This document shows positions 36,566 to 48,040 of a stretch of 64,000 bases of DNA, piece after piece. The notes under the pieces were generated by a model. That model saw nothing but the letters and a program-made list of their open reading frames with translations, made no database searches and was not told where the DNA came from. The position numbers and the translations under genes were made by a program. This DNA comes from Camelus dromedarius (taxonomy: Eukaryota): assembly GCF_036321535.1 (NCBI RefSeq), contig NC_087436.1, positions 116,004,001 through 116,068,000 on the forward strand, given 5' to 3'. Numbering within the stretch: the first letter of the stretch is position 1; every line of letters starts with the position of its first letter.

Positions 36566-37459
36566 GTAGTCACCCTGTACACACACCATTGACCGGAGCC
36601 CAGTTGCATGTGTCCCAACCTAACTATGGGGGACTCTGGGGAGAATAGAGAGGCAGACAGAGAGAGAGGCGCTGACCTCCAGGCATCCGGCCGTGTCTGG
36701 GGTTAAGTATCAGCAGAACTAGCCCCATCTTCTCTCTAACCTCCCAGCCCACACTACACGGCGCGTGTGCAAGGCTACGGTGCGGTGCACTTTTTTGGAT
36801 TCGAGTTCATTCCTTCCAGTAGTGCACACTTTTCTCCCTTCTGTTTTCACTTGTCTAGGAAGTTGTCTAAGGCTAGGCCTGCATTCATCACTTTTGTTCC
36901 CCATTCTAGCTACCCTCCCGGAGAGGCAGTGCTGGTACCAAAGCCAGAGGACAGACAGTCTTTTCTTCCTCCTAAGTGTGGGAAAGTACTGTTCCCTTCT
37001 TTAAATAAAGGCAAATTCATTTCTTATTAGAAATTTGGCAGCTCCCCAAGTGCTCCCACGAAAGAACCCTCTTTGCCATGTTCTCTGTGCTCCCTCCCAC
37101 CTCAGGACTCCCTCAAGCTTGAAACTACTTCTCTCAACATCCTGGCTTTAAGATAATTGCTTTGCCTGAGGCACGCTGGACTTGAGGTTCACCTGTGGGG
37201 CTGAGTACAGACATTAAAAGGCCAAAGCCATCAGAAATTGTAAAGCATTCCCATACGAAGCAATGAAAGGAAAAGGGAAATTTCTCATATTCTCTGAACA
37301 CATTTGTAATATTCCAGTAATTCCAAATTCCAAGGGAGCAGGGGACCTCCTCCCAGCTGTCGCTCAAGGATCCTAGCACAATGCCTGGCACGCAGGAGGA
37401 GCGTAACACGTAGTTGCTGAACGAGTGAAATGAACTCTGGTCTCTGCCCCTGGTTCTGG

Positions 37460-37640
37460 AAATGCACAGTCATATTTATCTACAAATAAGCTGCACAGAG
37501 AAGTATCATTCTATTCTGCAGATAAGAAACTGGGGATTCACAGAGCAGAATAATTGGTCCAAAGTCCAACAGGTAGTAGGAGGTGGAGCTGGGAACGGGA
37601 CCAGGTTTTCTGGAGCAGGTTTTCTTACTGTCTCCATGAC
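37460..37640 (-). mobile_element. MIR SINE, preceded by an L2 tail at ~37365-37435
   Basis: tattctgcagataagaaactgggg...tccaaagtccaacaggtagtaggaggtggagctggga. Confidence 0.7.
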
Positions 37641-38069
37641 GCCCGGGTAAGTTAGCGGGAGCTTACGGCCAGTGCAATCATGCAGTGTGGGTGACTTCAC
37701 ACAGGTTATGAGGAGAAGGGGCTTCAAATCCTCTCCCCGCTTTCTTAGAAAAAGTGAGGAAGACACCCACGTGGAGGCCTCCCGCTCAGACATGTGAGCG
37801 TCTCAGCCACAGCCCTGCATCCGCTCACCTGCAGAGAGATTAATAATGATTGCCGTAATCATCGCAGTCGGGTTTGGTCGCCAACCATTATGATTTCCAG
37901 ACTTTTGTCTCAGTGAGCCTTTCATCTCAGTCTTCTCTGAAAGGTGTTCCCATCAGCTCTGTTTTTCAGTTGTGGTTAAATAACTTCCTCTGGGTCACAC
38001 ATCAAGGTCTCCAGGCATGAACTCCAAACCAGCTTCTTTTTTGTTTTGTTTCAATGACATCTTCATCTA

Positions 38070-38200
38070 CTTTATTTTAATTTTTGAATTTGCATTGAAG
38101 GATGCTGGGTTTACAATGCTGTGTTAGTTTCAGGAACAGAGCGAAGTGCCTCGGCCGCTCTCACGCGTCAGGACGCGCTCCCTCCAGAGCTCCGTGTGTG
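38070..38200 (-). mobile_element. L1 3' terminus, strongly GC-shifted
   Basis: attgaaggatgctgggtttacaatgctgtgttagtttcagg is a reverse cetartiodactyl L1 end. Confidence 0.75.
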
Positions 38201-40329
38201 CAGTGGAGCCAGCACAGCGATGTGCTGAGCAGAGAAACTAGTTCAAAGCCACGTTTGCCTCCTTTTTCCCTGGATACCAAAGGAGCCATTTCTCCGGAGA
38301 AGGAACAATTACATCACGAAATATGTGTTTATGGCCATTGCTGTTTTTGCATATAAGGCGGCCAAATGAAATAGAATTCCGAATAAAAGCTGTGCTAAAA
38401 CAATGGTCTTTCTGGAAGGAAAAGAGAAGACAGACTTGTTGTACAGTAAGAGAGTTTTTATTAGTTTTCACTAAGTCTTCCTTTGCCTCGATTATTTTGC
38501 TATGTGCCTGTGAGTTTGTGGTGCACAGGGGTCAGGAGTTATTCCAGAACTGTCTTTATTGTCTAGATAACCCGTTGACTGTGGGTTTTGCTATTTGTTC
38601 AGCTCTATGAAAGATGTCCATATTCTTAAGGTCATATTGATATGAAATTAAATTGATGTTAGTTGAAAGTTCTGCTGTTACCCATTATGACAACCCGCTC
38701 TTATTGCCTAGGTTCTCCAGGACCATCCTGAGGAATATGCAAGAGAGACAGATGTCTTCTACAAGAGAATCCTAAGAGGGATGAGCTCCGAGCTTGCCAA
38801 ATGGAGGGGATGTTTCCAGTACATCCATGCAAATCTCGTCCAGAAGAGCAAAGCCAAAATCGGGATAAAGAGAAACAACAGTCAACATAATGGGACAAAT
38901 AAAAACAAAATAATGACAAAATTTAATTTTTATTTTTTAAATTTAAAAATCTTTAATAAGAACAAAATTCAAATACCAAATATTATGTGGCTAGGGAAAA
39001 GTGGGCTAAAAATACCAAAGAAAGAATCAGAGAAATGTTGGCAGGGCAGGGAGAAGCAGCATGGTTCAAAACAAGACTGTTGACTTCTGAGGTTCCTTGG
39101 GGAAACAGACAGGGCTGAATTCTGCCTGTGCAGTTGACGGGTTGAAAAGAACCAAGGACAGGTGAGGGGCTTGCAGTTTGTCTTGGGTGAGGGACTGCCT
39201 GACACTGAGGGAAAATCAGCTAAGGCCAATAGGAGCAGAAGCATCTTAGCAACTTCCCTTTGCAGCAACACAGCTTAGAGGGATCCTGGAGGAAAGAGAC
39301 TGGGGGGAAAAAATCAGGGAAAAATCAAGCAGGAAAAAGAGAGGAAGAGGGAGATGGGTCTGATCAGACCCTGTTCTCCTACTGTTTAGAAAACTGACTG
39401 TTGACCACAAGAAGGAGAGAAGCCCTCGATGACCTTTGCATCCAGAGAACCTCACAGCCTCAGCTGTGTTGAGATACATTTTCTCCCACAGGAGAAAAAG
39501 TCACCTTTTCTACCCCTGCCACCTGAGGATCTTCACCCAGTGCCACCAAACACTCTTTCCCTCTCTGCCTGACAAAGGACAGGAACTTGTCTGCAAGGAG
39601 GACTCACAATCAATGGTAGATAAGGGGTTTTAATTTGTTGTGAATCATGTCTCTGGCCTGAACAAGCCTCTTTTCAAGTTGCAATTCCTAAGTTAATAAT
39701 TACTGAAACAATGCAGTCCCCTCTCCAACTCTATGATTGAGTCAGCGGCTATGCAGATAAGAAACATGATTGGTTTAAAAAAAAAAAAACAAAACTGCTT
39801 ACCTTACTGATGTAAGAGAGCTTAGTAATTACAAATACTGGCTCTGGCGGAAAACCATCAGGTGATAAACTCCCCATTCAACCATGCACATGCTGTGTGA
39901 CCCTGGAAAAATAACTTTCCCTTTCTGATCCCCAAATGTCACCTCTGCAAAACTAGGAAAAAATATTTATACCAGAGATCTGTGTGGAAGAGTAAAATAT
40001 ATAAGATATATAGACAAAGTACTTGGCCAAATGTCTGACATATTAAGCCTTGAATAAAGGATGAGGTCTTTGTATTTTAAGACCAGTTTTGAAAATGTCA
40101 CTAAAGGTACTTTGTTACCGTTGTCACTGTTGATAACGATGATGATGTTTGGTTGGTTGGTTTCGTTCAATCCATTAATGGAACAAAATTATATCCTAGG
40201 GCAGGAAAAACAAACGGTGAAATCATATATTGTGCTTCATACGAGTAAGGAAGGGAGCAGAGTGATGTTGCAACCCAGAGACTCAAACCCATCAAAAACC
40301 ATCAGCATTTTCCTAGAAAGTTGGAAGTC

Positions 40330-40667
40330 AGTATTTGCACATCTCGAACTCCCAATTTATTCCTTCCCACTCCTTTTTTTCCCAGTAACCATAAGTGTGT
40401 TTACTGTCTGTGAATCTGTTTCTAATCTGTTTCTTATAGATAAGTAAGTCCATTAGTGTCTTAAATATTAGCTAGTAAATACAAAATAGATTAACAAGAT
40501 TCTTCTGTTTAGCACAGGGAACCATATTCAATATCTTGTAATAACCTATAATGAAAAAGAATATGAAAATGAATATATGTATATGCATGTATGACTGAAA
40601 CATTATGCTGTATACCAGAAACTGATACAACATTGTTAACTGACTATATTACAAAAAAAAAAAAAAA
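40330..40667 (+). mobile_element. 5'-inverted, truncated L1 insertion with TSD
   Basis: Inverted 3' UTR piece 40330-~40460, sense piece ~40462-40667 ending in poly(A). TSD tggaagtc at 40322-40329 and 40668-40675. Confidence 0.9.
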
Positions 40668-40780
40668 TGGAAGTCTTTGAAATAAGACTTTGAAATAAGA
40701 TGAAAATTTGTCTCATGGAGCTATGGAAGGTTCATTTACATATGACTCTATATAAGGCATGATATCTCAAAAAAGTATGT

Positions 40781-40920
40781 TCAATATCTTGTAGTAATCT
40801 TTAATGAAAAAGAATATGAAAAGAAATATATTTATATATATATACACATGACTGGGACATTGTGCTGTACACCAGAAATTGACAAAACATTGTAAACTGA
40901 CATACTTCAATTAAAAAAAA
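40781..40920 (+). mobile_element. Short camelid-type L1 3' insertion with TSD
   Basis: tgactgggacattgtgctgtacaccagaaattgac...cttcaattaaaaaaaa. TSD aaaaaagtatgt at 40769-40780 and 40915-40926. Confidence 0.9.
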
Positions 40921-43319
40921 GTATGTCATTAACTTTTTGTCACCTTTCATTTTTAAAAGTGTCCAGTTTGCACAATAATTATATGGTCACATAAATCATG
41001 GCCTCTTTTTACAGATGAATTGTGTCATTTTGGAATATGTGTGGAAGAGCTCAATGAAACTGAAGTAAACCTCTAGCATCAAGGAAAGGCCACAATTCCC
41101 TCTCAGCGACTCAGCAATAAATTTGGTTCTGAGCTTCCTGGTGGCCAGGGCAAAAATACTACATGATCATTTATGTGATTCTCATTTCTAGAAAGGGAAG
41201 CGATATTGAGTGTTTGCTAGATCAGTTTTGTATATGGGAATTCCTATAGGGGAAAGAGAATAATTAAATGGATAATGAAGAAGGGTGACAGTTCTGAAGC
41301 ATTACTAGTGAATTTGAGTATTCTGCTTGACTCTGCTGCTGATTTTTTGGCGTATATGAAAATGTTTGAAATTGAAGAGGCAGACCATGGAAATCTGCAA
41401 CTTACGTTCCCTGCAGTTCAGGCATATATGAAACTATCAAGGGAGTTGTTCCATGGCCTTAAAAATTCTGTATACAGCACTATGAGTAAAATAAAAATTC
41501 ATCCTAAGAAAAAAGTGTATTGAATGGTAAATTTAACTCAGGAGGGAAAAATAAATACATAAATAAATAAATGGCCATCATCCAGAGAGAACTGCGGCTG
41601 TCTCAGGACCACATTTTGGCTTACTATCCCTTCATCTGAATCTGCCTAGGTCCTTGTAAAGGATGTGATGCTTGCATCTTTGTAAGACAGATGTAGGAAA
41701 TTCTAAAAACTCAACTTAAACATCCATCAGTGGAACACAATTCAGCAATTTAAACAAATGAACTTGATTTAAATGCACCATCACAGATCTTTTAAAAAAA
41801 ATCATGTTGAATGAAATCTAATTACAGTGAGATGAATATTATATGATAATATTTGTATAAATTTTTTCAAACTTCAGCACACAGTTTATGGATTAAAGAT
41901 AGAAATATGTGATGGGTAAGTTATACATCAAATTCATCCTGTTTTGATGTACACATCAAGTTCATCCTAACAAATAATTGTATCTTGGGAAAGAGTGGGT
42001 AACACGGCATTGGACTAGGCAGGGAGCTTCAGCTTGACAGTAACATTATTTTATTACCAACAACACGTGAAGCAAATATTGTAAAATGTTAATACCTGTT
42101 AATTACACATGGCAGGTACACAGATGGTTGTTAAATTACTCTCTTTCTGCTTCTGTATCTTTCAAATTTTGCTTTTCCAAAGAATAAAAGCATACCTGTT
42201 TGACAAGTTCACACTGAGCGCCAAGCACAACTGCTAGGGGAGCCTTGCTACATCCTAAACCCCAGATCAGGGAGGCCTTCCTCCGCCTGCCTGCCTCAGG
42301 CTACCCAGCTTTGGCCACCCTCACAGGGAGACCTCGGTGCTGGGAACCATGGAAGAAACACCGGGGACGTGGGAGACTATTGAGTCTTTGTCTGACTCTC
42401 CACAGAGAAGCCCAGAAATATTTCAAGGTGATTTGAAAGCAGTCAGGTTCCTGTGGTGACTGCTCAAAATCAACAAGTTTCCTGGAAGCTCCCTCTTGTA
42501 GAATCTATAGAATAACAGGTAAGGTTTGGTCCAACCCATAGGTTAGACTCTCAGCAAGTACTTATTAAATTCTTCAAAGTAGTCATTGTTAACAATACAC
42601 CAAATTTCCTTGATTCTGAACCCAAACTACCTTGTGAGGGGAGATGTGTATTTTGAGAAACTAAAATTGTTAGGTTGTCATTCACGTTTTTGAGGAAAAC
42701 TGGGTTGTGGGAGAGGGATTCCCATTTTGAACATTTAGATGTGTATCTGCCACTCATAAGGGCGCAGTGGGACATGCCATCTTCTCCCTGGCAAGTACCA
42801 CTGCCCCATCTTTATGCTTGCTAACCTGTCTAACTTACACTCTCTCTTCAAGTCTGTGTCACCACCTCCAGGAAGCTTCAGCCTCTCCTGCCCAGCCCCG
42901 AGGTTTGCTTTGAGGAGTCATCCTAATGCTCTGTGAATATCTCCCTCTTAATATTTCTCAGATGACCTCTCTTTTTCCCACTGGCAGGGAATAGGTCAGG
43001 GGAAAGAAGTTTTTATCTTTTGAATATTAATGGAATTTTCCAAAGTTATTTCACAGTCATATATGCACACATTGATTTTATTGAATTGTCTTCTAAGTCT
43101 ATGCTGAATAAAAGGAAATCACATTGTGTAACCTCTTGATGCCTTGAGTAGATGTGGCTACAGAAAGCCTGGTCTGCTGACACTCTTGTCTAAGGGGATA
43201 ACCCATGGCCTCTGTTGACTAATGATTGTGACTGATGGGCCAGAAGTAAGCACTTGGCAAAAAGACAGCCTATGCTTAGACTGACCTCTGGTCTATGACC
43301 AGAGCTGACACTAAAGAAT

Positions 43320-43550
43320 AGCATTTCTTTATGGTTCAATATATACCACGGACTAGACTAAGCACTTACCATACATTATTTGATTCAGCCCTCACAACAG
43401 TTCAACGGAGGTAAGAGCCATAATTTTTTCTGTATGACTATGGGGAAATTGAGATTCTGAGGGTTTAGCAATTTGCTTTAGGTCACAGAATTAATAACTG
43501 TTGGAACTGGATTTTGATCTCAGGTCTGTGGGACTCCAAAGTTAAACTTG
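43320..43550 (-). mobile_element. MIR SINE
   Basis: ctaagcacttaccatacattatttgattcagccctcacaac...ggggaaattgagattctgaggg...aggtcacag. Confidence 0.8.
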
Positions 43551-43989
43551 CATGGCCTGGTGTGAAAAAGATGAGCCCTGACATCAAATTCTTCTCTTAC
43601 AAGTGTGGAATTGAGCAACATGGTGAGACTACAACCATTATGATGGAGTCAGAAGCTGAGAGGATGCCTTGAAGCAAAGCCATGTCTAGTGAGGCCATTG
43701 GGAATCAAGAAACAGTAGTAAATCTGCACAAGCAAAGAAAAAGTTTAATTCTAAAGAGATAAGAGCTGAGAAGATGTGCAGGAAGGGTGCCAAGCTGGTA
43801 ACAAGTGAGCATTAAGGAGATCCATGAGTTTCTCCCACTAAGGATCCTGGGGCCATCTTGGATGAGGACTCAGCCCTGTCTGATTTCATCTAACATCTCT
43901 GTGTCACTTACTGTCCACATAGATGCATCATTCCAAAGACAGTTACCTTCAAATAGAGTGAAAAGGGCGTAGAGGAAATTCATACATCA

Positions 43990-44150
43990 TTGCATCTAAC
44001 GCCTTCACGTCTGTGAGGTGGTGTTCACTACCACCACATTGCAGTCAACGAAACTGAGGCTCAAGAAGATCAAGTCACTCACTCAAGGTCATAATTCAAA
44101 GTTAAGAGTGACTGACTTTGAAATGTGTTTCTGTGGCTCCCAAAATGCCT
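43990..44150 (-). mobile_element. MIR SINE
   Basis: gaaactgaggctcaagaagatcaagtcactcactcaaggtca. Confidence 0.7.
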
Positions 44151-45247
44151 TCTAAGGATGATCTAAAGAACAAGATGTTGGGGCACCCCTAGTTGAGATA
44201 AATGCTGTGAGATGGAAAGATCAGGGCATCTTTGCCCTGTTCTCATAAAGCAGGTGGAAGCTAATCGTGAGAGACTCTGGACCACTATGGCCAACGAGCA
44301 CTGGATCGATTCAAGAGTGAGCAGGGCATGTATGAGCAGGTGGGTCCTGCATGTGTAAGCACATGACTGTGTGTGTTTCCCTATAGAAGTGTGAATACAT
44401 GGATGGACCTGGATGTTTCTGTGGGTGAGTGTGTGTAGGAATATATGTGTGCACAGATAGAAGGAGTGGTTTTTTTTTTCATTTTAATCTATAAAATAAA
44501 CTTAGTGATTAACACAATGAAAATCTGTTGGAAAAAAATTAAAATTTCACGTCACTTAGAGATCTGGTCTAAACCCATCTCCCTGTGGTTTTGTAGAATA
44601 CGTCAACTATGCATTTGATAAGATCTTAGCCTAGATTAGATGCAAGAATTGCTCATTTCATTGACCTTGAACATTCCAGGGCTTTTTATCTTCTTGCTGA
44701 GATGTTCAATTGCAAAGAATTAGAAAATTTTCCAGGGACCCTTTATGAACATCTAACAAAACGCAATATAGTAGCATCACTGTCACCCACACAGGGCTCG
44801 GTGGCCGACAGAGGACTTTCACTTCTACAGTGTTATCGGACCCATATAGCGAATCTATAAAGTAGATATTTTAGAGTTGAAGAAACTGAGTGCTTAGGAA
44901 CATTAAGCTGTGCAGCCAATGGGAAGTCTTGAAAGATATGGAGTAGAAATATAAATTTAAATTAAGCCTTCTTTCTCCCAGGCCTATATTCTTAAAAATG
45001 GGCCCCCAAAACGTTCTCATATTTTGCTTAATCCATTTCTGGTAAACCACACTCTCCTTATTATTTTAAATCAGTTACTGCACAAGACTTTTATGTGTCT
45101 TTTATTCATGTACAGCTTCCTGTCCTGCATAAGAAAGTCTTTCTTATCTTTTCATTTTGTCATTGTGGCCTGAAGACAGGCCTTCAGCCTGTATATAAAC
45201 TCCCACTGAAGGCTCCCTGAGAGTTTGCCTGGTTTCTATAGGTAGAA

Positions 45248-45450
45248 CAGAGCTTCTCAAACTTGAGCAATGTACCGATTCCATCTGCAAGGAAAACGTT
45301 TTCATGGACCCCCTAGTGCTGGCTGCATAATTTTATTACAATACAACTTACATAGGCAGGCACATAAACTCATTATGATCACCTTATGCTTATAGCTCTT
45401 ACACTGGTATAAAACCTGAAAATACTCACAATATCATCAAACCAAACTTA
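45248..45450. mobile_element. Possible hAT-Charlie family fragment
   Basis: Begins cagagcttctcaaactt, resembling a Charlie/MER5-group terminal inverted repeat. Family not identified. Confidence 0.35.
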
Positions 45451-45559
45451 GAACCATTATGTTCCAAGGGTTCAACATTAGATTTACACGTTAGTTAACA
45501 CCAATTTTGCTGAAACTAAAAGTGTTTGACATGTAAGTATTGTAATGGCTACCTTGGCA

Positions 45560-45561
<2 letters not shown>

Positions 45562-45590
<29 letters not shown>
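45562..45590. repeat. (TG)n microsatellite
   Basis: Directly visible. Confidence 0.95.
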
Positions 45591-45592
<2 letters not shown>

Positions 45593-46071
45593 CTATCTTT
45601 ATTGATTTGATATAATTTAATAATTCAATTCTTCTGATGTATGTCTCTACGCAACTTGTTTTTGTGACTTGTGATGTCATTTAGTTTTTATTTAAAATAC
45701 ATGCATTATTTCCATGTTAAATTCTATTTTGGTTCTTTTTCCATAATAAAGGTAATACCAGTTGATGACAACACAATAAAAACTAAACAAACATGAGAAA
45801 TAAAATCGCCTGGAGCATGCCATTATGAGGTGGTCCTCCAAGCAATCTAGAATAGACGAAAATTAATTTTGAAACTATCTTCAAACTTACCACAAAAAAT
45901 ATTTTTTTTAAAAACTGGTAACAGTCTTTAGAGAGAACACAAAAATAACTGTTGAAGAAAAACAGCTCTATTGAAATGAATACTGAAGTGTGTGGATTCC
46001 TAGAACCTCAGATAAGTTGGCCAAATGGATGAAGGCTACGCGAAGTACTTCCCAATCTTTTGCAATGTCTT

Positions 46072-46293
46072 TTTTTTTTTTTTAACATTTTTTATTGAGT
46101 TATAGTCATTTTACAATATTGTGTCAAATTCCAGTCTAGAGCACAATTTTTCAGTTATACATGAACACACACATATATATATATATTCATTGTCACATGT
46201 TTTTCACTGTGAGCCACCATAAGAACTTCTATATATTTCCCTGTGCTGTACAGTAGAATCTTGTTTATCTGTACTGCATTTTGAAATCCCAGC
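46072..46293 (-). mobile_element. Young camelid-type L1 3' end with 15-bp TSD
   Basis: Poly(T), then aacattttttattgagttatagtcattttacaat...gtgtcaaattccagt. TSD cttttgcaatgtctt (46057-46071) / cttttgcaacgtctt (46294-46308). Confidence 0.9.
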
Positions 46294-46887
46294 CTTTTGC
46301 AACGTCTTGAAGGTTCTGCGACACAGCTGTTTTATCACCACTTGCCTATCAGTTCCTGAGGAGTCATATAACATATCTAACCAAAAAGTCAGCAGATACC
46401 AGATCCAGAACCAGAGCCTGTCTGGCCCCAAGAGCATAGCGCAGAGCAAAGGCCGGTGTCAGAGGTCAGTGCAGCAGCTTAACAGACATGGGGTGGGGCT
46501 GCAGCCAAGGGCTTCCCGGAACTCTCAGACCCGAGTTAAGTCTAGGGACCAGTCCTTCTGGAAGGACTCCTTCAGAAAGAGCAAGGGCTTCACCCTCCCA
46601 AGGCTCCATCCCAGTCCTCCAGTGAGACTCAGGGGAGGCCGGAGAGGAGGCTTCATGGCAGGTACTTGAGGCATTTGTGCTGCAGCCCCAGGGGAGGGAG
46701 AGGGGTAAAGCAGGGAGACCCAGAGGAATGAGCACAACGTGGACAGGACTCCTGAAAGCTGGGGTGGGGGAAGTGGGCTACTCAGATTCACCTGGAGAAG
46801 AACATAAGCTTAAAAGGGCATGACTCGAGTCCCATTCATGGTTTGGCCAGCTCTCCAGAGTAGAAATCCAGAAAAAGAAGGAGGCTC

Positions 46888-47190
46888 AACTTCCAAAATG
46901 ACAGGGGAAGGGCTCCTGAAAAGCCACTCTTCTAAAAAAGCAGTGAGAACATAGACAGAAGCTATCAAAATCCACTTTTTGTTTTCTTTCAGCACTTGGG
47001 CTTTTAACAATAAAAGGAGTGTTTATTCAGGAAAAAAAATGGCTGAGTCAAATAAGAACAGGGTGCCTCTGGAATTTCAAATTGCCCTAACACCACCACC
47101 CTCTCCCAGCTCTTGGAAGCCAGCAGCTTTGTGACCACAGTAGCTGTGAAAACCAGCAGCCTGCAAGCCAAGGGAGCAGGAGGAACAGGT
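46888..47190 (+). mobile_element. Ancient L1 5' end (L1M4/L1MB-type 5' UTR)
   Basis: acttccaaaatg...aaagcagtgagaac...ggagtgtttattcagg...atggctgagtc...taagaacag...gtgaaaaccagcagcctg resembles the remembered L1M 5' end. Confidence 0.65.
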
Positions 47191-47194
47191 CTGG

Positions 47195-47490
47195 CCCCTT
47201 TCCTCTATCTGCAAACGCAGCAAACCTGCGTCTCTTCGATCATTCTTTCACAGTCACATTGCCCTCAGAAACCCTGACTCCGCCACCCTCTTCCACTTTT
47301 AAGGACCTCAGCTGTGACATCGGTCCCTCCCCATTAATCAAGATAATCTCCTTATCTTACACTCAGCTGATTAGCAAACTTAATTCCACTTACAAACTTA
47401 AATTCCCTTCACCATGTAACACAAGCTGTTTACAGGTCCCAAGAATTAGAATATGCACTTCTTTGTGTTGCAATTATTCTCACTATCACA
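47195..47490 (-). mobile_element. MLT1C/D-like MaLR LTR fragment
   Basis: cagctgattagcaaacttaattccac...ccatgtaacac...acaggtcccaagaattagaatatgcacttcttt...attattctcactatcaca. Confidence 0.75.
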
Positions 47491-48040
47491 CCATATGACT
47501 GAGGAGTTCCACTCCCAGGTATATCCAAGATAATTAAAAATATATGTCTGTAAAAAAGCACATGTGCAGGAATGTTTACAGCAGCATTATTGGTAATAGC
47601 CAAACAGAAGAAGTAACTCCAGTGTCATTAACTGATAAATAGACAAATTAAAGGTAATCTATCCATACAGAAGAAAATTACTTAGGCATAAAATATATAG
47701 TACAATTTGGATTAAATTTGAAAACATTCTAGTAAAATAAGCCATATGCAAAAGACCACTTGGTGTGTAACTCCGTTTATATGGGATCTCCAGAACAGGC
47801 AAATTGATAGAGATGGAAAACAGCTTGTTGGTGGCCAGGGAATGAGGGGAGGGAAGAATAAGGAGTGACTGCTCATTGGTAAGGGGTTTCTTTGGGGGGA
47901 TGATGAAAATATTATGGAATTAGTGGTGATCAATGCACAACTTTGTGGATATATTAAAAATTATTCATTGTACACTCTAAAAAGGTAAACTTCATGGTTT
48001 GTTATTTCTATCTCAACAAAGATGTAACAAAAAACAAGAT
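47491..48040 (+). mobile_element. L1MB-type 3' end
   Basis: gaatgtttacagcagcattatt...atccagaacaggcaaat-like motif...ggtttctttgggggatgatgaaaatatt...ttgtacactctaaaaagg. Confidence 0.85.
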
